DNA of 64,000 nucleotides from NCBI RefSeq assembly GCF_009914755.1, contig NC_060925.1; one strand, given 5' to 3'. This document shows, piece by piece, positions 1 through 64,000 of the stretch. Made by a program: the position numbers and the translations under genes. The stretch's first letter is position 1. Every line of letters begins with the position of its first letter. The stretch is from the human T2T-CHM13v2.0 reference genome, Homo sapiens. Below the pieces are notes generated by a model. The model ran no database searches. It was not told the DNA's origin and saw only the letters and a program-made list of their open reading frames with translations.

Positions 1-1299
1 TCACTTGAGCCCATGAGTTTGAGACCAGCCTGGGCAACAAAGTGAGACTCTGGTTTCGATGAATAATACAAAAAATTAGCCAGGTGTGGTGGCACAGGCC
101 TGTAGTAGTCCCAGCTACTAAGGAGGCTGAGGTGGGAGGATCGCTTGAGCCCTGAGAGGCCAAAGCTGCAATGAGCCATGATTGCACTCCAGCCTGGGTA
201 AAAGAGCAAGACCCTGTATCAAAAAAAAAAAAAAAAAAAAAGACCGGAAATAAGATCAGAGCTCTCACCGAGTGGCAGCCAGGTGATCTAGAAAGAGTGT
301 GGCACTGAAATGCACGCACAGGCCTCTTTTGTTTGGGATGTACCATGTGGTGAATCAGAGGAGAAATGGACAAGACTCCACTCAGACACTCAGAGTGGAA
401 GGAGGCAAATGGTGCTAATATTAAGAACAAAGAAACAGCTAACATTTCCCAGCCCTCACTATGTGCCTGCCAGGCATCGGCCTAAGCACTGCAAATGGCA
501 TCAGACTGAGGGCGGCTCCTCCTGCCCCTTTACACACATCTTCCCCTCGGGCTACACCTGCTTCCCCCAGCACCGGCGGCATTGCCAAGTCGCATTTGCC
601 TTTCCACACCCATGCCCACTGCCCTGACGCCCTTGCCCCTTGTACTCTTCCTGGCAAACTCCTATCCTATCTTTCTTCACGGGGTCCCTCCCAAGAAGGG
701 CTCACTCGGCTCCCCAGCCATCGCTAGAATTGGAGATTCCTGGAGTGGGTTAGTGTCCATTTCTCTCCAATAGCCTCAGACAGAGCATCCCACAGAGAGG
801 GCAGCGAGACCCTGTACCACACCCAATTCCCCATCTCACTGAGGGAGCTGCCAAGGCTCCCAGGCATTGTCACCCTGGTGAGTTACCAGAGCAAAGTCCA
901 GGGACCCGAGCAGTCTGGCATGAGCGTAGGAGGAAGCAGATAGTGTGCTGGGTCCAAACTCTGATTTTGGACTGTGCCAGGCGATAAGAACAGAATTTCT
1001 GCAGATCAGGCCCGTCAAGGGCACCTGAAGGGCACAGGTGGGGACAGGAGCTGCACAATGCTAGATTCCAATGTTTTTCGTGCTCCAGAGAGGGGCTAGC
1101 CAAGTCATTCCAGGCAAGACCAAGTCATCCAGGCGTCAGTGAGGGTGCTGGGCTACCTCCCGGAAGAGAAGACGACAGAAAAGGAGTCCGGACAAAGCAC
1201 CATCCAGTTGTCCAGAGCTAGATGTGCCTGAGGAACTGGCGGTTCCCAGAGTTGCGGTGTGGACAGGGATGGGGTGGGGGACGAAGCCGTGGGTGCTGC

Positions 1300-2000
<701 letters not shown>

Positions 2001-2189
2001 CAGGAGGGAGCTTAACGGGTGTGGTGGACCTAAGTAAGGGCTGTCCTGCCTGCCTGCCGTGTGGTCCTGGAGGATGAGGCTTACCAAAGGCTCAAAACAG
2101 CGTCCCCGTGGAGTGACATGGTTAAAGTCTTGAAAGAAAAGAACTGTTGGCATTGAATTCTGTACCTAAGTGAAACAAACAAACAAACT

Positions 2190-9260
<7,071 letters not shown>

Positions 9261-9264
9261 GCAA

Positions 9265-10091
9265 TTGAATTTTGCCCAAGGCCCTGGAAGCCCACCCCTT
9301 GCACCAGTGTGCCCAGGATGTGGGATATGGAGTCAAAGATTATTTTGGAGCTTTACATTTTCACGCCTGCCCTACTGGGTTTCAGACTTGCGTGGGCCTG
9401 TTGCCCCTTTCTTTTGGCTGATTCCCCTTTTGCAATGGGAATCTTACCCAGTACGGGTACCACCACTGTATCGTGGAAGCAAATGACTTGTTTGATTATA
9501 CAGGTTCATAGGTGGATGAAACTTGCCTTGAGTCCCAGATGAGACTTTGGCCTTATGATTGAGTTGATGCTGAAACAAGTTAAGACTTTGGGTGACTATT
9601 GGGAAGGGATGACTGTACTTTGCAATGTGAGAAGAACATGACATTTGCGGGGGGGTGGTACTGGTACAATGATATCATCAGGGTATTTTGTCCCCTCCAA
9701 ATCTCATGTTGCAATGTGATCCCCAATGTTAGAGGTGAGCCTGGTGGGAGGGGTTAGGGTATGGGGGCAAATCCCACATGAATGGCTTGGTGCCATCTGT
9801 ACAGTAATGAGTGAGTTCCAGCTCTATGAGTTCACACAGGATCTGGTTGTTTAAAAGAGCCTGGAATTTCCTCCCCTGTCTGTCTCTTGCTCCCTCTCTC
9901 ACCATGTGACACGCTGGCGCCGCTTCCCCCTCTGCCATGACTGTAAGCTTCCTGAGGCCCTCACCAAGAGCAGATGCCGGCACCACACCCCCTTGTACAG
10001 ACTGCAGAGTGGTGAGCCAAATAAACCTCTTTTCTTTATAAATGATCCAGTCTCAGGTATTCTTTTATAGCAACGCAAACAGACTAACACA
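9265..10091 (+). mobile_element. MaLR element: MST internal 3' fragment (9265-9669) plus MSTB-like LTR (9670-10091)
   Basis: LTR begins tgatat...tgtcccctccaaatctcatgttg, contains ccaaataaacctcttttctttataaat and ends agactaacaca; G-rich tract just upstream of the LTR. Confidence 0.8.
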
Positions 10092-10106
10092 CAGCACCCT
10101 GGGAGT

Positions 10107-10112
10107 TTTATT
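10107..10112 (-). terminator. AKR7A3 polyadenylation signal AATAAA
   Basis: tttatt on + strand, ~145 nt past the stop; GU-rich sequence follows on the minus strand. Confidence 0.75.
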
Positions 10113-10257
10113 CTTCATTTGGTGGTGACTCTTCTATTAGGTTTTTGTCCAAATACTTCCATCCCTAAGAATTTACTGAGGCAGTTCTAAATTAAAGAAA
10201 ATGTGAGTAACAAAAGATGTTACAGAAGAGCCTTGGGCAGCCTGAGAAACGATGGGC

Positions 10258-16726
<6,469 letters not shown>

Positions 16727-16819
16727 TCAAGACAGCGTCCCCATGGAGTGACATGGTTAAAGTGTTGAAAGAAAAGAACTGTTGGCATTGAATTCTGTAC
16801 CTAAGTGAAAAAAAACTGA

Positions 16820-24368
<7,549 letters not shown>

Positions 24369-24479
24369 TAGATCACAGGGAGTGTCCAGTGTGCCCACTG
24401 GCCTCCAGATACCCAAGCCTGCAGATCACACACATCTCCACCTACTTCCAGTGCATCATTGCACTCACAAGGTTCAGAA

Positions 24480-25451
<972 letters not shown>

Positions 25452-25473
25452 CTGAAGAAAGAACTTGAACCAA

Positions 25474-26345
<872 letters not shown>

Positions 26346-26688
26346 TGCTATGTTATATGACATAAGCATGACATTAACTACACTAAACCATATGACAGTG
26401 TTTTTAAAATTCTTGTATAAAGCAGTATCTCATTAGTTTGTGTGTTAAATGCAAGACCTTGCTTCTTTAATCTGTTGAATGAACCCCAAACAGTTATATC
26501 AGTAACAGCAATTGCACAGTTATATACACAGTCAATTAAGTTTTAGCACTAACGATAATTTAATTTTAGGTGTGGCCTCTGTGGATCTGTATCAGTCCCA
26601 AAATTTAGAAAGCACAGGCATGGAAGGGTACATTTTTCTCACCTAAGGAAAAACAGTAAGATAAAACAAAACGTTAAAATAAAAAATC

Positions 26689-27041
<353 letters not shown>

Positions 27042-27123
27042 TCATACAGCACAGAACAGCTTCCTTAGTTTGAGGATGATTAAATATATGAGATGCTCTC
27101 CAGATCCAGCTCTGCTTCTTTAG

Positions 27124-27363
<240 letters not shown>

Positions 27364-27699
27364 TGAACTCCTGACCTCGTGATCCACCTGCCTCGGCCTC
27401 CCAAAGTGCTGGGATTACAGGCGTGACCCACTGCGCCTGGCCTCACTTATTTATTTTTTAATTAACAAATAAAAATTGTATATATATTTAAGGTGTACAA
27501 CATGGTGTCTTCAAGAATCTCTTTAGATATGAAATTGCTGAATTCAAGAGACCATCAACTATGAGATATAGTATCCGGAAGATTCTAACGGATGGGATGT
27601 GACATAGCAGAAAATGCATCTCTGATGGGGATAGTCAAGACACAGTCTCCTGGCAGGTCCCGGGGCTCACCTTCTCCACTCAGGACTGTTGCTCCAAGT

Positions 27700-28075
27700 G
27701 TTACAGTTTATTTTCCAAAGATAACCACTCCATTCTCTCACGTGCTCTTTGCACAGGTATCTTTGACTCTCCTCCCAGGACACAAGAGTGATGTTATGGA
27801 CTTCTGAGGCTGGGACATAAAAGGCCACATGGCTTCTGCCTAGTTTGCCTGGGATGTGCTCCCTTGGAAGCCACATGCAGAGGTCACGTGTGTGCCGGTT
27901 GATGACAGCAGCTGATATTCCAGCTGGCCCTCAGCAGCAACTGCCACATGCTTGAGTGAATGTCTTCAGGCAACCCTAGCCTCCAGCTGCTAGATCACCT
28001 CTGAGACACTGAGGAACAGATGAGGCTTCCCTGCTGAGCCCTGCTCTAACAGATTTCTGAGCTAATTGATTGTTT
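27700..28075 (+). mobile_element. Old MLT1-type MaLR LTR fragment
   Basis: gacttctgaggctgggacataaaaggcc..., ttccctgctgagccctgctctaac motifs. Confidence 0.5.
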
Positions 28076-28079
28076 TATT

Positions 28080-30820
<2,741 letters not shown>

Positions 30821-31547
30821 AATGAAAAAGTAAATTTCCAGGTTGGGCCTCTTTCATTGCTTCAAGAAGCTGCTCCAAGTGCTGCCTGCTGCCCTGCCCA
30901 TGGCTGGAGGGATTTTGGTGCACTGGGAATGCAGCAGGTTCAGCAACCACTGAACCAAGGATTCTTATTCTCAGCCTTGGTGCCTCCTGTTTGGAGTAGG
31001 GGTTTCCAAGGGAAATGAGGACCTTGGCTGCCTATGTCTGTCCCCATGCCGAACAGGAGGCCCAGAGCCAAGACTGAGAACCTAATGGGTGAAAAGACAA
31101 GAGGCTTTAGTTAAGACAAGAGGAGGCTAAGATTGAGAGCTTCAAGATGTTCCACAGATCCTGGGAAGTGTTCTTCTTCTTGGTAGTGACTCTAATGGTA
31201 GTTTCTTTGTCCCAGTTGTTTCATTCCTAAGAATGTATTGAGGCAACTCTGAATTAGAGAAAATGTACTGCAGGTGTATGACTCTCTTTTCTATCGTGTG
31301 TAGAAGAGTGAGAGACACCTCAATGTTGAGAGGTCAGGTGGGTATTCAGACCAGGGGCCCGAGGAGACCCTGGGAGGGCAGTGTGCTTCTGTGACCCTCC
31401 TACTACCTCTGCCCTCTGAAGACTCCAGCCCATGGTTCTGCCCTTTCTCAGTCCCCAGGTAGGATGGGAAACAAAGTGTTAACAGCAGAGAAAGCAAGTT
31501 TTTGGGGTTCACTCAAGACCTAGGCTACAGCCAGGTCAAGTGCCTGC

Positions 31548-31553
31548 TTTATT
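31548..31553 (-). terminator. AKR7A2 polyadenylation signal AATAAA
   Basis: tttatt on + strand, ~205 nt past the stop. Confidence 0.7.
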
Positions 31554-31758
31554 CAACAGGAAGCGCTCAAGTGGGACTCACCCCCCACCTTTCACAGTGT
31601 AAAGTGAATAGGGAGCAAGGCAGGAAGCTAGAAAAATAATGCATGGATCTAGACAATTCAGAAAAACCCTTCTAAGTCAGCTTAAGGCCAAGACTGGTCA
31701 GTGTGAGAGAACAAAAGAGGTGACAGAAAAGCCTTGGGCAGCCTGAGCCATGATGGGC

Positions 31759-39773
<8,015 letters not shown>

Positions 39774-39809
39774 TCAGCCCAGCGCGCGGCGTGGGGGCGG
39801 GGCCTGCGG

Positions 39810-39893
39810 TTCCCGCGGGGGCGGTGGCGCGCGGTCAGCTGACCCGGCGGGCCTTGACCCAGAAGCTGGGCCCTGGCGGCGGATCTGGACGTG
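39810..39893 (+). other. SLC66A1: Probable non-coding first exon of SLC66A1 (start approximate); possible alternative first exon ending at 40424 (AGG|GTAGGT)
   Basis: Donor motifs inside the CpG island; the first coding exon has an acceptor (ccctgtag, 45134) upstream of its ATG, so a non-coding exon is implied. Confidence 0.55.
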
Positions 39894-42369
39894 GTGAGCC
39901 GGACCGGGGGCAGGTGGCAAACTCCACGGCTGGGGGTCGGGGCTCCTGGGCTTCCCTGCCACATCCTTCCAGCCCTCTCCTCCGGCCGCTGGACTGTCCC
40001 GGCTCCTGCGCCCTCCTTGTGGCGCGATATCGTGGGACGAGGCTCCGGGCCGGGACTGGGTGGCCCTCGGGAATCCGCAGCCAGTGGCCCCCCACCTCAA
40101 AGGCGACCAGCGCGGCCTCTCGAGCTGGCCTGGCCAGGAGTTGCCCTGCCCCGGCCGACCGGCCCCTTGGCATCTGATGGCTTCGTTTTTCCCGGGCCGG
40201 CCGGGCGAGGGGCCCTCGCGGCGCTGGCCCCAGCAGCTGTCCTATCATTATCCCTCCAAACAGGCGGCCCGCGCCGGGCTGAGTCACCAGGAGGGAGCTG
40301 TGGCCGAGGACGCCGAGGCCTGGAGTGGGTGGTAGCCCCGAGCTGGGACACTCCTCCCTCCACAATCTCCCCAGGTCTGCAGGGACCGAGGGCCTACACT
40401 GCCTCCTCCCACGCCGTGCTTAGGGTAGGTTTCCAAACGTGTAAATGGAGAGTCTGAGTCTGGAAGTGTGAGGGGTCCCGGGCCTGGGTCACAGGTCATG
40501 TCTAATCAACGCTTACTGAAGGCGCCTGTGTGCCCGGACGCTGGAGGGGCTACAATGAGAACAAATAATAGTCATTTTGGGCTGTTGGTGTTGAGTGCCA
40601 GTGCCAGGCACCCTTGTAATCGCTTGGCCTGGATTGTCTCATTTAACTCTGCAGTCAGCCTAGGTGGTGGGTATTGCATTATTCCCCTACTTTTCAGATG
40701 AGAACTACGAAGCTCAATCACTTGAGTTCCAGACTGGTAGGCATCGGGCAGGTCTGTTCCAGAGTGCTTTTCTCCTCAACCCTGGGCTGTTCGAGCTCAC
40801 AGCTTTCTCCCCTTCCTTTCTCCTTTCCTTCCTCTTCTCTCTCTTCCACCCTTTCTCCTTTCTCACCCGTTTCCTCTCTTCTTCACTCTGTCCTTCTCTC
40901 TACCTCTCTCTTTCTCTCACTGTCTCTCAACATTTGCTGAACCTCTAGGTGTGTTTACACCTGGAGAATAAGAAATGCACAACCCAGGGTGGGGAGAGTA
41001 CGTTTCAAAGACAGTGGTCGCAGAGGACGGTGGTAGCGTTCTTCAGGTGTGTGGACAAGGGGAGAGGAGGAGGTGGAAGGTCCTGTCCAGCCAGCTCTCA
41101 TGGGGCATCTTTGAAAGGGCAATTTAGAAGTGAGTCTTCTTATCTCATGACCAGGCCCTTGAAGGGGAGCAGGACACTTCTAGGGGAAGAGATGGCACGT
41201 GCAGAAGCCTGGAGACCTGAAATGACTGAAGACGTGGGTCAGGAGGCAGGAGATAAGGTTGGGAGGGCAGTTCTTGGAGTAACTTGAGGCCTAGCCTCAG
41301 GTAATTTGGACTTCATCCTGTAGACAAAGGTGGACACATGATTGGCTGTGATCATGTGCCCGAAGCACCCTGACTCAGCTTGGGATCAGGGAGAGGAGTT
41401 TGGGTGTGGCAGGAGATGTCATCTCCAGCCCAACCTTTCTCAAAGTGCACTAGATGGAGCAGAATCGCTGGAGGGCTTCTTAAACCCAGAATCTCTAAGC
41501 CCCAGCCCAGGTGCACTGACTCCAAATTTTGAACATGCACCCTCCAAGGGTGATTCCAGGGTACCGCTTCTGGGGTCCTTCCCATCCCTGCAGGTGAGGT
41601 CAAGCTCCATTGCAACCTTGGACATCCATTTGCTCAGAGCTGTTTGAACAGGATGTGGGCCCATGCCTGGCTTCTAGGTGACAGGAACTACGCAGGATGG
41701 CCCTCAGAGCCAGGCCTTTCTGTTCAGGGATCAGGTGTGTCTCAGAGTGTCCCGAGCTCCACATTGCACATGGGTCCTGTCCAAGGTCAGGGGGACACCC
41801 ACCCAGTATCCTGGATCCATAAACCAAGGTACCTTCCTCAAGACAACTCCCCAACACGCACGCATACTGGGGTGCATCCATTTCATTTCCTCCTTAACCT
41901 AGGGAAAGGGGGAAGTGAGAGAGAGGCCGCAGGGGCCATAAACCAAGGTACCTTCCTCGAGACAACCCCCCAACACACACATGCTGAGATGTGTCCATTT
42001 CATTTCCTCCCTAACCTGGGGAAAGGGGGAAATGAGAGGGAGAGTCCCCAAGGTGGTTGAGATGCTGGACTCTCATCCTGAAAACAGTCGCTGCCATGTG
42101 TTGTCAGGCACAGGGCTGAGAGCTTTATGTGCATTTAGTCAGGGCAGCTGCCCCAAGGAGTGAGTGTCGTTAGCCCCATTTTATGGACAGGCTCAGGCAG
42201 GTTAATTCACTTCCAGGGCTGCTCAGCCTCACCTGTCAAATGAGCACAGTATACCCAACCTTGCTGGGGAGTGGTGAGGATGGCAGTGGATGAGCTGCAG
42301 CCTTGTGTTCAGACTCTGCAAGGGGGTGTGGGGGTGCACCCCAGTTGGCAGTGGTGGCTGAGAACATGA

Positions 42370-42570
<201 letters not shown>

Positions 42571-43885
42571 TAGCTGGGATTACAGGCACGCACCCACCAC
42601 GCCTGGCTAATTTTTGTATTTTTGATAGAGATGGTGTTTCACCATGTTGGCCAGGCTGTTCTCCAGCTCCTGAGCTCAAGTGATCCAACTGCCTTGGCCT
42701 CCCAAAGTGCTGGGATTACAGGTGTGAACCACTGCGCCCGGCCACACCTGGACTATATGTTAATTTGGAGTGGCCTTTCAGGGGCCGGAGATGGAGCATC
42801 AGGTGAAGGCTTCCAACATCATCTGTGCTGATGGTCCCCCAGGTGGGCCACGAAGACACAGGGAAGAGGCTTTCAGCCTCCCTGCCTGTGCCAGGCCCTG
42901 GAGGTAGTCCAGTGAGCTGGGCTGACAGTGACCTGGGGCACCCTTACCTTTAGGTCCAGGGTCTCTGCCCACAGCGAGTCACATTAGGGCTGAGGGTCTA
43001 CGGCTTCCTGAGAGGAGGTGCTGACTCACTTCCTTTCCCTCCCGGTGCTCCCTGGTCTCTGTGTCCTCAGCAGTTCCGTGGGGCCAGCCAGGGACTAGCT
43101 GGGGAGCCCAGGCCTCCTGACACAAGTGGGAATGAAGGCAGCTAGAGACAGCCCCCACCTGGATGAGGAAATCCCCTCTGAGCACAGGGAAAAAAGAGGA
43201 AGCCCACTTTCTGGCTGTGCAGTCATGCCAGACCACAGAGGCTTCTCTGTCTCTCTCTCTCCCTCCCTCTCTCCCTCTCTCTCTCTCGAGCCACAGAAGT
43301 CTTCTGCTTCGCTGGTGACAGATGGACCTGAGGCGGGTGGTGTGGCAGGTGGCTATGAGCAGGGGTGTAGGTCTGAGTCTTGGGTTTGACTCTGTAGTTT
43401 CCTGGCTGGGTGGCGCTGGCACATCACTTCCGCACTCTGGCTCAGGCTCCTTGTGGATATCAGTGGTCCCCACTTCATAGTTGCTGGGAAGATGCAACAT
43501 GAGTGCATGCAGGATGCTTGGCTCACCGGTCCGAGCTGTGGTGATGATCACTGATGGAGATGGCCCAGCCGAGCCTCACTTTCCCTCCCTCCTCTAAGGT
43601 GTCACGCAGGCAATGACTGCTCTACTCACTGTCCAGGGTGCCCGGGTAGCGGGAGAGGCCTGCCCTGCCCACCCCTGCGATCAGCCATATTCTGGCTTTG
43701 TCATTGTGACGGTGGGGAGGTGGCTGTGGACTCCCTGCTGTTAGGCATCCCCCCCACACTCTGTGAGCTCCTGGGAGAATACAGGCTGCATCGTCCCAAA
43801 CTTGAGTCCTTGTCATTCATGCAACCCCGGGGATCCCTTGCTCCTCTTCTCCACTTGCCTCATCTGTGTGGGGCAACTCTTTATG

Positions 43886-43888
<3 letters not shown>

Positions 43889-43928
<40 letters not shown>
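43889..43928 (+). repeat. (TG)n microsatellite
   Basis: About 20 TG units adjoining an antisense Alu tail. Confidence 0.95.
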
Positions 43929-43934
<6 letters not shown>

Positions 43935-45212
43935 TTTAAGACAGGGTTCAGCTCTGTCGCCCAGGCTGGAGTGCAGTGGCATGATCATGGCTTGCTCTGC
44001 AACCTCCACTTCCTGGGCTCAAGCGATTCTTCCACCTCAGCCTCCTGAGTAGCTAGCTGGGACTACAAGCGTGTGCCACCACACCTGGCTAATTTTTGAA
44101 TTTTTCATGGAGACAGCGTTGCCCAGCCTGTTCTCGAACTCCTGGGCTCAAGTAATCTTTCCCACCTCAGCCTCCTAGAGTGCTGGCACAGTGCCCAGCC
44201 CTTATTTTGTTGTTGTTTTGACACAGGGTCTTGCTCTGTCATCCAGGCTGGAGTGCATTGGTGTGATCATGGCTCTCTATAGCCTGTACCTCCTGGGCTC
44301 AAGTGATCCTCCCACCTCAGCCTCCTGAGTAGCTTGGACCAGAGGTGCACACCACCATGTTTGGCTAATTTTTGTATTTCTTTTCTTTTCTTTTTCTTTC
44401 TTTCTTTCTTTCTTTTTTTTTTTAGAGGGAGTCTTGCTCTGTCACCTCTTTTTTTTTTTTTTTTTTTTTTTGAGATGGGGTCTTGTTATGTTGCCCAGGC
44501 TGCCAGGCTGGTCTCAGTCTCTTGGGCTCAAGCTGTCCTCCCGCCTTGGCCTCCCAAATTGTGGGGATTACCGGCATGAGCCATCATTCGTGGCTACAAC
44601 CTGCTTTAAATTAGATGAACTTGATGGGCCTGGCCTCAGCAGATCCTTAGAGAGTAATTTACAATAATAACAAGAAATTAGGAATACCCTAAGTGTTCAA
44701 GAGTCATAGGAAAAGGTAACATCGAGGGCTCAGTTCAACACACTGTGTATGAACTCACTGAACCCACACAACAGCTGTATGTGGGAGGCAGCACTGTGAT
44801 GACCCCATTTACAGATGAGAGGGCTCAGGCACAGAAAGGCTGAGTCTTTGCCCAAAGTCTAGCATGAATGGGTGATGAAGCAGGGATTTGAACACACCCG
44901 TCCCTTCTGCAGATCCAGCACGCTGCCTGCATGTGTCTGTAGTTGGCGTGTGTTTGCTGTGATCTGTGCACCTGGGAGCTGATTGGGTCCTGGTGGGTGA
45001 AGATTATGTCTTTGCCCTTCTCTGGCTCAGGGCCAGGAGCCCCGTGAAAAGGCTGGGATGAGCTTAGTTTGGGATGACCATGAATAGGACCTGGACCTCC
45101 CAGTGCTGAAAGCCTCCTCCCTTCCTCCCTGTAGAACCCTTGCTGGCCTCAGAACACCAGCGCCCTCCCTCCGGTGCAGCCCTGCCTGGCCGGGGGCCCC
45201 TCCTCCACAGCC

Positions 45213-56178
<10,966 letters not shown>

Positions 56179-56487
56179 CCAGAACCAGGCTGAGCGCAGG
56201 AGGACAGGCACCACCGGATGCCACACCAGGCAGGAGGAGGTGTGGACAGTGATGGTACGGCGGCCCTGCATCAGCCTGCGGGTGGCCTCTGGATCCTCCG
56301 TGGACCGAACCGTCCCCCCAGGAACACACCTTCAGGTAGACCCCGAAGCCTCAAGGCCGGGGCTGGAGCGGAGACCCCAGGGCCTCTCAGGAGACAGTGA
56401 GGCTGCCCCTCCTACCACCTACCTCATTCTGCCTACTCACCCCAGGGGCCACAGCCACAGCCTGCTGGACTCAGGACTGTCCTGTCA

Positions 56488-56989
<502 letters not shown>

Positions 56990-57529
56990 TTAGCCTGCTT
57001 CTCCGGGCCCTTTCCTGACAGGCCCCACACCTTACTGTGGGGACATAGCAGGGAGAGTGACTCCCCACGGGGAGCCTGCCCCTCGGTGTTCAGGAAGAAG
57101 CAGAATGGTTAAGGTTCTGTTGGATCTGGGTTCTCCATCGCAGTTCCTCAGTGCCTAGCTTATCTCATCTGTGAAATGGACAGTACTGTCATTTCCTGTG
57201 TCCTTTCAAGGATTACATAAGATGCTGACATTATGGAGTTTAGCCCCAGATCTGGCGCATAGTAAGGGCTCAATAAAGGTTAGTTTTGAGGACTTTTAGT
57301 TGGAGAAGAGGAGCAACCAGATCTTGGAGATCAGGGAGAGCCTCCTGGAGGAGGTGATAGGTCAGAAGGATGAGCGGGAGATATCACAGGGAAAGAGGGA
57401 GGATTGAAGGCAGGAGGAAGAAGTGGCGGGTACAGGAGCAAGGTGGGAGAGTGGAGAGGAGGGCAGAGCTGAGCTCCGAGTGCTTCCTGGACCCGCAAAC
57501 TCAGTGTTGTCCAGACCCTGTTTTATTTT

Positions 57530-64000
<6,471 letters not shown>

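Noticed and set aside
41806-41902. GTATCCTG ... TCCTTAACCTAG resembling a tiny U12 intron
   Set aside because: Donor deviates from consensus, branch-to-AG distance is too short, and there are no flanking exons

Overview
Primate (human-like) genomic DNA rich in Alu and L1 repeats; the gene content matches the human 1p36.13 AKR7 cluster. Minus strand: exon 1 of AKR7L (the rest lies left of the window), complete AKR7A3 (7 coding exons, 331 aa) and complete AKR7A2 (7 coding exons, 359 aa). Plus strand: complete SLC66A1/PQLC2 (lysosomal PQ-loop cationic amino-acid transporter, 7 coding exons, 291 aa), head-to-head with AKR7A2 on a shared CpG island. I assembled all exons by hand from splice signals and the lengths sum to intact ORFs. 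Most short ORFs in the supplied track are Alu/L1 or antisense artefacts. The most notable items are: (1) a processed pseudogene joining a FAM9-type N-terminus to a complete SYCP3-type C-terminus; (2) a chimeric U6-plus-unknown-RNA retrocopy with target-site duplication (TSD), whose empty site survives in AKR7A3; (3) a U12 minor-spliceosome last intron in SLC66A1; (4) a 192-nt stop-free, in-frame intron 2 in both AKR7A paralogues; (5) a readable AKR7L/AKR7A3 duplication history (microhomology junction, Alu-Alu deletion, apparent gene-conversion tract, poly(A)-site turnover). Repeat subfamily names and protein comparisons come from memory and need database confirmation.
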